NCBI RefSeq assembly: GCF_964194155.1
Contig: NC_135883.1
Location: 91,512,001 to 91,576,000, forward strand
Length of the DNA stretch: 64,000 nt
Source of the DNA: Cetorhinus maximus
Lineage: Eukaryota
Reading direction: 5' to 3'
Below the pieces are notes generated by a model. That model did not search any database. It saw only the letters and a list, made by a program, of their open reading frames with translations, and was not told where the DNA came from. The translations under genes and the position numbers were made by a program. Shown here one piece after another: positions 1 to 13,380 of this stretch (position 1 is the first letter of the stretch; the number at the start of each line of letters is the position of its first letter).

Positions 1-1274
1 GCCTTTCCTTGCGGAGAGAATTTATTGACTTTGTCCCATGTGAACACTCCTCACCCACACCCAGTGCCCCAGCTATTCTCATTTATATATGTTCAAATAC
101 CCATCACCTGTTTTCCTTAATGATGTATTTGACATTAACAAACCTTAACAATGTAATTGATAAGACATTAACAGCGACCTGCTATTTGAAGCAGTGATGG
201 AAACCATTGCAGGACATTAATGTTGTGCCATGTGAAGCTCCAGTCCTTTGCTATTTCTTTCAAAATCATACAGGACATTAATAGCATGGAAAATCAACCC
301 ACCTAACCAGCAGAGAGCAAACAACAAGCTGCAATATGTTACAAAGTGGGAATAACACAAAACATTGTTCATTAAAGAATGAACTAGCTTTCAGCCCTTG
401 TAGCAACAAGTGTAACTAGAATATTGTACAAATTCCGAAGAAAATAAATGTCTCTCACAATAGAAACAATAGTTATTCTTGTTAAAGGGGCGTTGGCACT
501 TCAATAGATTGTTTCCAGTCAGGTCAATTCCTGGAAAAAACTGATCTAAAAATTGCACTGCCGGCATGCTGTGCCCCAGGGTACAGTTTGTGCAGATGAT
601 ATAACTGTTGAACTATGAACTTTTATAAAGTGCTTTTTAAAGTTTGAGCTGTGAGGATGCACCCCCTTTTATGCTCTTGCTAGTTCCATACTTCCCTTGC
701 TCCACCCTCAACTGCCCCCATCTACATCTGAGGGGGCAAGGCAATCTAGTCCCATGCTATCCAAAAACAATTCTTGTGGGGTCTTAATGAGGCATGTGCA
801 GACAAAGTGAGATGGCCGTCTTAGTTGGTAGCTCCCTGAGCATTATTCCATCCTGTTTCATTTGTGAACCTGCGTATCTCAATGTTACTATGCTCAATAC
901 ATTTCTGATGTTTGAAAATACTTCTTGGGAATCTGAGCAAGCGTTTGACGTATTCAGTCAACTAAATACACAATTCTAATTTCGCACAATAAGTCACCTT
1001 GATCCAAAATAAACTATAGCATTTTGTGGAAAAAACAAATAACTCCAGCCTAATTTCTATATTGTTTTATCCTCTGAAGTGTCAGATGGCCAAATTGATT
1101 ACATTCAAATTAAATTCTGAATTCCTGTATAAACATTAAAGGAATTTTAAAGAGATATTGTTCAATTAAGGGGGTCGGGCTAGAGGTTGGGTGGGGGTGG
1201 TGGTGGTGAGGGTGATGGTTCTAGGTAATTCCATTCCTGGAAAAGTCATAAACAACAAATTCCCAAATCTTGGC

Positions 1275-1435
1275 TGAAAGAAAAGCAGAAAATTCTGGAA
1301 ATGCTCAGCGGGTCTGGCAGCATCTATGGGGGATGCACCTCTCCACAGATGCTGCCAAACTTGCTGGAAATTACCAGCACTTACTGTTTTTTTTTCAGAT
1401 TTCCAGCATCCATAGTATTTTCCTTTTATCTTATC
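1275..1435. repeat. Two Penelope-like terminal repeat fragments in inverted orientation
   Basis: ctggaaatgctcagcgggtctggcagcatct is followed by its approximate reverse complement agatgctgccaaacttgctggaaattaccag. The same motif recurs at about 40150. Confidence 0.5.
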
Positions 1436-2875
1436 TGAAAGATGTTGCTGGTGAGGGAATTGTACTGTAACCAATATTGCATTTATTACTGTTTGAGCTA
1501 ATTTTTGTTCTATTATTTTAATTTGTATTAAATGAAAATATTCTATAGTAACGCCTAGGATCATCAAACAGTAACAATGGAGCTTTCTTTGTTTATAAAC
1601 GCCTCAATTTTTGTCTCATAAGGCATTTACTTGGATGCTGTCTTTACCTTCCACCGCATTTGGTGTGCTGACCTGATTGTATGTATATAATGATGACATT
1701 ATCAAAAATAGATTCACTGTAACTCAGGAAAGAGAAAGAGTCAGATTATTATTTAATTCCTGTGTGGGTATACACATCTTCAGAACAATCTCTTGGCTGC
1801 ATGTGCACACAATCGTTCTTGTTTTGAAAATGTTCTTTTTTTTGGCCCAATGGTTGTGCTTAAGGGTCTTTGATGTTTTTCAGCATTTTATGTCTTTAAC
1901 AGAATAACAGATATAACAGTTAAATATTTTACATTTAACGTTGATATCAACCAACTAAATAAATACATATAAGATGAAAACTCATGGCACTTCTGGCATG
2001 TTCCTGCTGTAACTTTGATGGGAACATGTACCAGAATGGCTTGAAATTAGTCCAGGAGCCAAATACACTGGGCCATCAATTGGTGGTCCTGAGGCTTACA
2101 ATTGAAACCTTGACCCTAAAGATTTTGCATCTTTTTGTCCACTTTGTAAGGCACGCAAAAGGACACAACTCTTATTCCTGGGGAGCCCAATACCCTCTTT
2201 GGAACAGGCAACCTGTGTTACAGTATATGGCATGGTGTCCCACCATTGCCACAGTTGCTAAGGGACCTTCTCCTGACCTGCGAATTTTGGCACTGGTGGG
2301 ACATTCCTGTGCTCACTTTGGGATGTAGCTAGTATAGACTTTTGGCTGATCCCCATTTAAAGCTGCTAAAGAATATTTTTAATGCTGCATGCTTGAGATG
2401 TGAACAAATCTCTCTTACAAAGAAATATTATCATTTCAGTGGGAAGTTTTTACATAGCTTTATTTTAATGATTGTCCACAACTATGACATGAATTATGAT
2501 TACTTGTTTTATTTGTATTTGTCTACCTTTTTACCTGTCTGCCTGTCTATGTATCTGTCTAACCTATCTATCTATCTCAGAGATTATGCACAGTGATCTG
2601 CTGTAGCACAAACTTTTTAAAAATGGAACTTTGGCATTATCAGCTTAACTTTCTGGCTCTTAATTTTTATGAAGAGGAGTATCTTTTAGTGGTAGATTAG
2701 TGATGGAATAATACCATTGTATGACAGATTGATGATGGTGCTCTCCTCAATTCACATTAGCTGCGGGAATTAACTTGCAAGGAATGAAAATCACTAATGT
2801 AAAGTTTGCACACAAAATGATAACCTCTCCAGCATTTTGGACATTAATTTCATCTCTCCATCAGTATGGATTATG

Positions 2876-3059
2876 GGGGTAGAAATTTGTCTCAGATGGT
2901 GGCGTAAACTGATGGTATTGATCTATCGCCTGTTATACGCAGCGCTTAATATTAATTTCCATTGTGGTCAATGGATTTAAATGTCAGGCGATGTGTACAA
3001 TAGGCAGCCGATCAAATAGCGTCCATTTTGGGCCATCGTCTGAGATGAATTTCTACCCC
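2876..3059. mobile_element. Palindromic MITE (~185 bp)
   Basis: Left end ggggtagaaatttgtctcagatggtggc pairs with right end gccatcgtctgagatgaatttctacccc, and imperfect pairing continues inward. Confidence 0.75.
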
Positions 3060-3699
3060 AGAATTTCAATATTTTTTTTGAAAGACAGGACAAAGTAGGA
3101 ATGTTAATTTGTTAAATCCGTGCAGGTTTGGTACTGTTCGGTAGTATCCTGCAATGTAAATGTAATCTTCTGATTTAACAGCTGCAATCTGATCATGTTA
3201 ATCATACTCATTGATGTTAGTTTCAAAGTGCTGAGGTAGACCACAGCCTCCATTTGCATTGATTCACATCCTGAATGAGACAATGATAATAAAAATCTCA
3301 ATGTACTTGGAAAATCCATATCCTGTGTGAGTCTTCCATTTCAGTACCATCAGATTGGTAAGTGCATGCTGCCTGAACCACGAGTCAGCTTTTGGGATTT
3401 GCAGAAGCTATTGAGTTACAAAAGCAATCCGTTTACAGCTAAGCTTCTGCCATTTTGACCTCTGCAAGAACAGTGTGTTGCTTCTATATTTCATAATTAC
3501 AGGACATTATCTTTTGCAGTATTTTTACACTCTTACTAAAATCTCACCAGCTGTCTGCAGTAAATGAAAACATTCTGAATCATTTATACAGAAAGGTACA
3601 GCAGGAGGCAAGTTTCGGGTTGAGCTAGGCTATCTTTCATTGTTTTGCAGCCCTGATGGCCTTTTGCCTATTCTGTTAAGAGTGAAAGGGCTATTTTGG

Positions 3700-3812
3700 T
3701 AGGTGTACCTATACCACATGGACTGCAGAGGTTCAAGCTCACCATCAATAAATGGGCAATAAATGCTATCCCAGCCAGTGAAGCCCACATCCCATGAATG
3801 AATAAAAAAAAA
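3700..3812 (+). mobile_element. 3' tail fragment of the second LINE family
   Basis: gggcaataaatgct...gcccacatcccatgaatgaataaaaaaa, the same tail as at 14280-14342 and 31130-31186. Confidence 0.7.
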
Positions 3813-4180
3813 TATTTGGATGATTGACTACATATTGTGCATAAGAAGCCATGTGAAACTAATAGGTATAGTCATTAGAACAGTGCATTTGTTTCATATC
3901 TCTCCTCCTTTATTTTGTTTTCTATTAAACCAAATTCTTAAAACCAGTAAAATAAAGGCAATATTTACCCATTTTATTGTAAGGCTGCTTTGAACTTACT
4001 ATGTGTAACATATACTTTAGTAATATATAATTACATAGGAAGTACAATATGGGTGAAATTAGCAGTTAGCCTGTAAAATATAGAGGGAATTCATGCAACC
4101 AGAAAAACAAAGCTTGTGGCAAGTGTTCGCAGATAAAAGGGCATATCAGTCCCATGGAGAATTTTACAGCCTGACTCTCT

Positions 4181-4887
4181 GGGCAGAATTTTCTGCCTGC
4201 CAAGCAGGCAGGCCTGACCCAGTCTCCGGCGGGTGGGGAGCCAAACCCTGCTGGAGAAGCGGGCCCTGCCGCCATTTTAAGTGGGCGGGCCAATTAAGGT
4301 CAGCCCAGTGTGATGTCCGCCGGGAAGCGCTATGTGCTTCCTGTGTGGGCGGGGGGGATTCCCCAAATGCGACAGTGTGCTCTTTCGCGTATGCATACGA
4401 AAGAGCGCACATCTCCCTGAGGCTAAGTGCTGCCTCAGGGAGATTGCTGATAGTTCTAAAAACATTAAAAATAAAGAAAAAAAAATCCTTAACATGTTCC
4501 CCTCATGTGACAATGTCACACGAGATGGGACATGTTCATAATTGACACCAAAATTTTATTAAACTTTTTAAATCCCTACATGAAACCTCATCCCGCCGGT
4601 GGATGAGGTTTCATGTTTTTTCTATTCCCCGCCAGGGTTCCTGGCCTGCCCACCAACATTAAGGTTGGACGGGCAGGTCCTTTAATTGTTTTAATGATCC
4701 TGTCAATGGCCTCAATTGGCCATTGACAGGTTGGCGGGCGCACAGCTGATTTTGCTGCGTCCCTGCCTTCCTGAAGATTTAAATGGGGCAGGATGACATC
4801 GGGGGCTCCCCCCAACGTCATCCCGCGTCATTTCACACGTCGATGAGCAGGCCCCACCCCCTGCTCGCTGACAGCAAAATTCAGCTC
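4181..4887 (+). mobile_element. PIF/Harbinger-type MITE, copy 1
   Basis: TIRs gggcagaattttctg and cagcaaaattcagctc with a 3-bp TSD (TCT). Closely similar to 61493-62077 and, inverted, to 41507-42164. Confidence 0.85.
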
Positions 4888-7567
4888 TCTGGCTCCAATA
4901 CCTATTACAACATTGTCATATTGGCTACCAGGAAAAGGCAATGGTCTAGCATAACATTCTTTAAAGATTTTTGTTTACTAAATTAATTTTAATTACTATT
5001 TTATATATATTTGGTATAACTATGACCTGCTGGTGGTACAACAAATCAGGGCAAGAGGGCACAGGTTATGAAGGGCAAATTTAGGAAATATTTCTTTATG
5101 CAGAGGATGATCAAAAGCTGCAGCAGGTTGGCAAGTAGGGTAGTTGAAGGGAACGTAGTGCACTCATTTAAGAAAAAGCTCAACACTGCAATAGGAAGTT
5201 TAGCATTCTGAAAGGAACAAATGAGCTTCAAACTCCACACGTCCATGATGACATTCAGCTGTGCCTTAATAGCTGCAGAGACAGCTTCCTGTTAGCTTCA
5301 ATTGATACAAGCATTTTAAAAGGTTTTCCAGGTTATTTTTAAACGTACATTGTTCATTTAAAATTATTTATGGGTAATAGCCAGTTAGTGTAATAGTTGT
5401 AAGCAGAGATTCCTTCTGCCTCTTTAGTTGATATTGTAATTAATAAAACTTTTCACAATCACAGCAGATTTTTAGTTTTGTTTACGGCCATGTGCAACTT
5501 CTTGGGACCCTAAGTGAAAATATTTTATGTTATTTTCTGTTGAACCAACAAATTAAATAGTTTTGAGGGTTAAAGTAGACAAATGGTACCTCGGGCCTCA
5601 GCACTTAAAAAACGGGTGCTCTGAGTTCCTAGGCCAATGTCCCTTAAAGCTTGCCTTTAAAGTTATAGCAAAAGCATTGCTTCATTGTTTGAATTGTTTT
5701 ATGGAATTAACTGATTTTCAATTGTGCCCACATTCAGTTTAAATGAAACCGCCTGTAAAAAGGAAAAAAAATAAAACTGTGTTTTTCCAGACATTGATTT
5801 CTCTAAAAGTCAACTCATTAAAAATATGTGCAACACTTAAAGGAGTAAATACTTTACACCGAAAATAATCACCTCCTTTAATTTTTTGTTGGTATACTCA
5901 CACTTGTCATGTGAACCTGACTCCCCAAAGGGATTGATAGAATAAGTACTCAGTTAATTGTATAGCTTTTGATTGTGTAGCTTATGCATTTGCATGGTTC
6001 GAGCAGAGAGAGAACTGAATAGATTGTGTTGTTTTGATTGTGCACACCCAGCAGATCTCCAACAGAAAGAAATTCAATGCCGTTTTTCTTGGCTTTGGGG
6101 CTTTATCAACTGAATCGTTCAGTCATAAGGCAGGCCAGTTCAGAAAAATTTTGCTTTGCAAAGCATTAAAAATCAAAAGAAATTTTTGCAGTATTCCAGT
6201 GAACCCTACCAGTATTCCAACAAATTGTTTGGGCTATTTTTACCCTCCCAAAACTTAGGGCCTCATTTTGACTGCGCAATAATATGAAATGGATGATAGT
6301 GGGAGGAATCTTGTGGAGCTCCGAAAGTGGAGAAACAAGGTGGGCCAGGGCACTTAATTGTGTGGGAGGCAATATGTCAGCATCCCGACATTGGGATGAA
6401 AGTTGGGAAATGAATTGACAGTGGATTAAAGGTGGATCATGGCTCATGATGCCAAGTCCTGGGAACCTATTTTTAATGCATTAGCATGTCATGCATACTG
6501 ATTAACGCCAGATTAAACTGTACATTTCCAATTAAGTTGGCAGCAAACAAAAAACATGTGCCTTCAGATTCATGAATAGTTAAAGATGGCATGCAGCAGG
6601 TAAGGTAATCTTCCTGGGGTTTTCGGAGTGAGTAGGAGCTGCTTTTCTTGTTGGACTGGTGAGAGGAGGCTGAGCTGTTGTATTGAGCTCAGATGGTGGC
6701 TGTCTAGGGATGTCAGGGCATGGTTGTGCATCAGAGGGAAGTTAGGTTGTGGTAGCCTTAAGCTGGGTGGGGCATGGCTGTCTGAGGGAGGAATGTTGGG
6801 TCTTGGAGGCCCTAAGAAGGGTCACGGGGGAGGGAGCTGGATTACAGAGGGAAGGTCGATCTCTACCATAGGCAACTCGAGCATATGGAGGGGAGATCAA
6901 GGGTGATTGAGGGGAGGTGAATGGCAAGGTTGGAGAGCGAGGGGAATCGAGGACAGGTCAAGGGTGATAGCGAGAAGGTCGAGAATAATGGTTGGCAGGT
7001 CATGGGTGACGGGGAACAGGTCCAGGGTGCTGGGGCAGCTCAATGGTGATGGGGGAGATGCTGTAGGTTGACAGTTAGTTAGGGGTGATGATGGGTAGCT
7101 CGAGAGTTAGAAGAGAGAAGGCAGTGTTAGGGTGATGGAGGGAGAGTTGAAGGTGTTAGAGGGAGCATCAAAGGTGACTGAGGGAGGGTGCAGGATGATG
7201 GCTCACAAATCCAGTGTCAGAATGGGAGCATCCAGGGACATAGCTGCCACAGCAGAAACAGGTAACTGGACACCAATTCGAGGAGGAAGTTGGCTACGGC
7301 GGTGTGGGTAAAGACCAGAGTGTGCAACATCGTCTGATTTCCACCTCAAGAAATGTTGATGTGGACCTGTCACCCCATCTGGCACACTCCCTCCAGACCC
7401 AACCTACAGGCCCACAACTTCTAGCATCCAGAAGGGAAAAGACTTCAGGTCCTTGGCATGAACAAGCCTATTTCCATGGTCCTGTCAAAGCCCCACCCAC
7501 TTCTGCCTTGGAAAGAGGTTGCAAATGACTCAGTCGCAATAGGTCCAATCCTTGAAGAACTCTGTGT

Positions 7568-8677
7568 TGTCATGATGATGTGACTTGTGGATGAGTGGTA
7601 TTAATCTTTAATTTATTTGGCTGATCAAACATATATTGAACTGTTTAAAAAGGACTTTTAAAAAAGCAAATAAAGACACTGACTTAAGATGGCTGCCACA
7701 AATCACCTGCTGATGTTAAGAACTACTTCAAAAGATTTACAGAAAATGTATTGGAACTCACATTTGCATTTCTATAAGGCTACCTCTCAAGTAGAGACAG
7801 AAAGCCTACCAGGACAATAGCTATGTGGAAAGGTGTTTTTCCTATCTCATCAAGATGGATAATGAATCATTCAGAAGCTATTGGCTGGAACATTGTAGGC
7901 CAATGGATAATATCCACAATCTGTTCGGACATCAGCTAAGCAAATACCTTCTGAAATCATTATGGGGAGAGAGGTCATATGACTAGAGAAACCATGTTTG
8001 AAATCTCTTTTAATACAGTATGTGGGCTGCTTAAACAGTAATCTGGAGTAAACCTGCCAATGGGACAGTAATACTCTCCCATTCTTCTTCTCTCCAAAGT
8101 TAAGACTCAATTTCTGTTACAGTTTAAAAATCCAGCACAGAGATAGTGAATTTCCATCGCAAGGAACCTCCGGTGAAAAAAAATCACTGACTTCTGGAAA
8201 AGACGGATTACATTTTAAAGAAAAATTGTCTCCGGCAATTGCAGTTTTACATGGGCTTCAATTCCTGGAATTTCATGATCACTATGGAGAAAAATCTTCT
8301 GCAGCCACAGATACCAGTAAAGGAACCATCAGCAGTGAATTCTCAATGTTTTAGCTTTTAGCATTGAATTTTAATTACCATATAACTTGTAAATTTTGCA
8401 AGCTTGTGCATGTGTGTGCTGCGAAGGTCGAGATGTGGGTTTACCTTTTTAGATTTTTAAATATCTTTAAGTAGGTGGGTTTTTAACTCAATAAAGGCAA
8501 ACCCCTTTTTGTTTTGAACTTAAGAAAGCCTGCCAGACTAGTTTCAACACAAATGGTTAAGCACTGACATTGAGTAAATACCTTCATCCTTACAAATTCA
8601 CAAAACCCCTGTTACAGTCAGACTTAGAGTGGTAAACAAGGGGAATCATTTTTACCCCTCTTCATGTGGTTGTAACA
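7568..8677 (+). mobile_element. Solo LTR (Gypsy-like)
   Basis: Starts TGTCATGA and ends TTGTAACA. It has a 4-bp TSD GTGT on both sides (7564-7567, 8678-8681), an internal AATAAA at about 8490, and a length of about 1.1 kb. Confidence 0.75.
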
Positions 8678-9396
8678 GTGTTCACCTACAAAATATGGAA
8701 TATCTCAGCTGCAGATGTTGCTGAGATAACAGCTTCTGAGGCTGATAAGGGGGTGAGCAACATAGACTGGCTTGCCAATGAGGTTTCAATCTCCTGACCT
8801 AACAAAGGTTGACAAACATACAAACCACCATATGTTAAGAAACTCAGATTTGCCAATACTTCAGAGGTGCAATAATAAATAGTGTGTCCATAAGCCCACA
8901 TCAGCCATCATGGAATTTCAACGAAGTGCCAAGCCCTTAAAAGCCTCCATTTGGTTTCAAAAGCCCCAAAAAAACCATTCCACATACATGAATAAAGTGC
9001 TCAAACTATATATTTACATTTATATAAACTTCCAATGTCATAAAAATATTGGACACCTTTGTGCCATTAGAAAGTTTGTCCCTTGCTCTTTCTGCCACTA
9101 TGCTTTGCTACGAACTTGACAGCCTCAGCTGGAGGCAGCCTGCTGAGTGCTATGCCCCATTACCTGAGGTGACCTTGGCGGCTGTCCACTGGGTGACCAA
9201 TGTCTAGAGGCCTCCAGCCTGCTTGGAGTCTCCTGCACAGGTACAGGTGCACCCTTGATGCACCACCTACTGGAGGCACTGGGATCACTGGCAGTGAGTA
9301 GGTGGAGCAGCAATTCACCCTTGCAGCAGCCTGAGATGGCCATCAGGGTGGATTTCTGGTGCCCCCCCCCACTCCTGCCCACCCCCTGCACCAGTC

Positions 9397-9883
9397 GGTT
9401 TACCTGACTGATTCCTGGGATGGCGGGACTGACATAATTGGAAAGATTGAGTCGATTAGGATTATATTTGCTGGAGTTCAGAAGAATGAGGGGGAATCTC
9501 ATAGAAACCTATAAAATTCTAACAGGACTAGATAGGGTTGATGCAGGAAGGATGTTCCTGATGGTGGGGGAGTCCAGAACCAGGGGTTACAGTCTGAGGA
9601 TACAGGGTAGACCATTTAGGACTGAGATGAGGAGAAATTTCTTCACCCAGAGAGTAGTGAGCCTGTGGAATTCGCTACCACAGGAAGTAGTTGAGACCAA
9701 AACATTGTATGTTTTCAAGAAGGAGTTAGATATAGCGCTCGGGGCAAAAGGGATTAAAGGATATAGGGAGAAAGTGGGATCAGGCTATTGAGTTGGATGA
9801 TCAGCCATGACCATAGTGAATAGTGGAGCAGGCTCGAAGGGCTGAATGGCCTACTTCTGCTCCTAGTTTCTTTGTTTCTATGT
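9397..9883 (+). mobile_element. CR1/HER1-type LINE 3' fragment
   Basis: The ORF2 C-terminus (ERLSRLGLY..RRMRGNLIETYKIL...FFTQRVVSLWNSLP) is followed by the 3' UTR aatggcctacttctgctcct. Confidence 0.85.
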
Positions 9884-10659
9884 ACACAATAGCACTTCCT
9901 GACTCCAGGAGAAGGGGCACCTGGAGGGGTGGGGGGGGCTGTCGAGGTGCCTTATCTCCCTCTCACATATGCAATGGTGTATGGAGCCCATGGCCAGAGC
10001 AACAGAATGCTGGTCCAAGAGTACATCTGGCATTCTGCTGAACCTGGCTCTCCATGGCGCTCAACGACCTCTCCATGGAGGAAGCCATGCGCTCGCATGC
10101 TGGAGCCACGACAGAACTCATGACTTGGATGGACTCTTCCACTATTCACCTCAACGCTGCACACATCCTTTGGCATCTCTGCCAGATGTTCTTGTCGCTG
10201 CATTTCCAGTAGTTTTCTTGAGGCTGTATCCAGAAGCATGTCATCATTTTGGGGCTGGCCTCCAGTCATTGCTGACTCTCACATCAGCTGCTGCAACATG
10301 CCTGTGATGTATTCACCAGTTTATGATCCCGAGCCTAATCACGTATGCACGCCCACCAAGGTGACTGTCTCTGCACTGGTGGAGGGTGCAGGGGAATGAT
10401 GTGACAGTGCATCATCTGAGTGTTCTGTGTCATCATCCTCAGAGGTGGAGTTCTGGCTTGCTGCAGACTCTGTGCAACGTGTCTCCTGACTGCAAGGACC
10501 TGTAGTGAAGAACACAAAGAACTAGTTTGAGGTTATGCAGAATCCCTGTTCTCAGTGCAGTGTCATGCCTGTGTTCTGTATGCCCAGTTCTTGACATCAG
10601 GTTAGAGACATCCTCACTCTGTTGTTGACACTCTGGCCTTGCTCTGTACAACTGAGCAT

Positions 10660-11305
10660 CCACTCTGCTCCCCGCAAGTTCAATCAACTCCTCCTCCTCA
10701 GGGGTCAATATGTGGAGCTGGGGCCACTGCCTCTAATCTTCAAGTGCTCCCTGGTGTTATGCACTCTTTTGTAAAATAAAGCAGACAGAAGGATTGAGTA
10801 TTACCTCAATAGCAAATCCCTTTAAAAGCATGCAGAGATGACAGCTCATGTCACCTTCCTATTTAGTGTTCCACACATGCACTCTCCTGTAACTGGTACA
10901 ACTTTCACAGCATGATCTGGCTCCCATATATTCAGTCCACATGTTCCATCTGGTGCTGAGCCCTAGAACCCAAATGCCTGCTTGGCAAAGCGCTCCACTC
11001 CCACGTTTGCATTGCCTGATGCTCTTACGAGTGCCACTTTTCAGAATCTGCAATGTGCCACTTACTCTTGCAGAGTGCAGGAGGTCATTGACCCTTTTGC
11101 AGCATTGGATCCAGTTCCAGTTGTGGACCCCGCCACTGCTCACCTCCACTGTAACCTCTGCCCAGGCCACCATGGTCAGACGGGAGGGTCTCCTGCCACC
11201 ATCGCTGGGAAACAGGGCCTCCCGCTGTTCCAGGATGGCCTGGAAGAGAGCTTGCAGGGAGGCATCACTAAACTCTGGGGCCACTCGCCCTCTGCGCTGA
11301 GCCAC
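10660..11305 (-). pseudogene. Harbinger Myb/SANT-like DNA-binding protein remnant (two exons)
   Basis: APEFSDASLQAL...LFP...AWAEV...WIQCCKRVNDL fits the Myb/SANT-like (NAIF1/Harbinger ORF) pattern. A GTAAGT donor lies at 11065 and a downstream segment encodes LTPEEEELIELAG. The start is non-ATG and the frame looks degraded. Confidence 0.7.
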
Positions 11306-13380
11306 TCTAAATGGGGTGACAGCAAGTTATTGGGATCCACAGGTGGGCAGGGGTGGCAGCAGTTCCAGTTTTAAATCCTCCACTCAGAAAGCAGAATGAT
11401 ACTGCCGGCTTGCAGGGAGTGGATGCCTGTCTTGGTGCTGTTTAAATATGGTGCGCGGACCTTTGACACTGTGCGGTGATGGCAGGGTCAGTGACTTTCT
11501 GCCTGCCCCTGCCGCCCAGGCCCTTCGACTGTGCATAGCTAATTGGCTGGCAGCTGCGTGACTGCGTGTGGACAGATGTCCGCCTCCGAGCATAAGTCCC
11601 ACTCACTTCCAATTCCACCGTCGGGACACTGACCCCTGCAACAAGATTCCGCCCATTGAGTCAGTGGAAATAAAAATCGAGAGAGATGTGAAACAGGCTT
11701 CTAATTCTCTGTGGTCCGTTTTACACCTTTGCACAAAGTCACAATCACTGCAAACATCTCTTTTAGTGCTCTTAAAGCCAACAAAAGATTGAGTCCCAAA
11801 TTGAATGGACAATGTTTGGACAGCGTGTGTTTGTCTCAAAGATCGAGCCATTGTTGCTGTATCATATAACCAATCAGTCACTCTAAATTATCTGTAGAAA
11901 TCAAAAGAAAAGCTATTGTTTCCAAGGCTGTGTTGTTTTCAGACTATTGAAAATAAGTTAAAAATTAAGTTTTCCCTGAGGTGAGGTTTGTATGTGGTAT
12001 ATAAGATTAAACCTTTCTAGAACAAATGTCCTGCTAACTTCACGCAGAATGTGCCTTTGTATCATATCCATATCATTGGTTTCGAATAGTAGCTTGTGTT
12101 CTTATTTCATACATTTTTTGAGAAGGAAATAAGGTATCATTGTCCTGTAACAAAACACATGCAATCCATGGATTGCCAAAATGCATTGCCTAATCATTTA
12201 GCAGCATATTATTATGCACAATACTCATTTTCCCCCAAATTAATATCCATTGCATGTGAGGGTTCAGTTTTGGTACCCAAGTTTATATTTGTCACACCTC
12301 AAACCTCTTTATGTTCCAATGTCAAAGGGCAGCTTTCAGTCTCTTCCAAATCCAGTGGTTATTAGAAAAGTCACTGTAAAAATGATTTATGCATAAGTCT
12401 GGTTTATAATTTGTTTTCTGCAAAATTTACTTTTTTAATAAAAATAAAGTGCCATGGCTTATGTCTTGATGAGTGTTTTACAATGGTTTACAGGCCTTGG
12501 AGCATTGTGTTGTGATTAACAAGTGTGGAAGGTCTTGTCTTGTCTTAACAATTTTGTTTGTGGGGGTCTGCTGACTCTCCCGTTCATTCAGTCTGTCGAT
12601 TTCTATCATTACAATCGCTTCTATCAAAGAGGAAACTAAACTATAAAACCCTTAATGTTTGAGTCGCATTTTAATAAACTCTGAGCATGAAATTTCAGGA
12701 GCTGGGGTGGGGGTAGAGGGGAAAGGTCATTTACAGGGGTCCTATGATTTGGGTGGAATGTGAATTCACTGGGCTGCCACGTGGAGCAGGAGAGTGTAGT
12801 TGGAGGTGCGGGCGTCACAGGCAAGTCTTTTGCTCGCCTCTTTAAATTGAGAATGTTGGAGGTATGCCCGGACCACTCTGAGAGTTCCAGTAGGCCATCA
12901 GGTCCTGTACTAGGTCTTATCAGGGAGGCCCCAAGAAAAGTTTTTGGCAAATGTAATCCATCCCAAAAGAGTTAAATTACCTAAAAATTAGTGACAACGA
13001 TTCCTTTACTTAAATTTTTAAAAATCCCAATTTCTCTTGATCCCAAAAGGGCCTCAGACACTGCCATCAGTGTGGAGCCTGTTGCAAATACCTTCTTAGA
13101 TTCACTGTCATCAGTTGTTGTTGTAAATAGATCCTCCACACTTTGCATGCTGGAGTAGACTCACATTGCTTATTATCTATATGCCATTTTGTAACCCAGG
13201 GGTGGAACATTAAGTCCCCTTATGATCAAACTGGATATTTATGTCTTTCCTATTTACATCTTTGTGTCTTTCCAATATTCTCAAAAGTGGTTCGTGAAAA
13301 TGCCTAGGAGTAAATTTACCTCTCCCCTTCCTGAGAGCAATGAACTGGCAGAAAGGATGGCAGCCTCTTGTAGAATGTCC

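Larger units (their letters stand above)
8680..11654 (-). mobile_element. Decayed PIF/Harbinger transposon (left boundary uncertain, may extend to ~6258)
   Basis: Contains a Myb/SANT-like gene remnant and a Harbinger-like terminus (gggcggaatcttg on the minus strand) at 11654. It is interrupted by a CR1 insertion. Confidence 0.55.
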
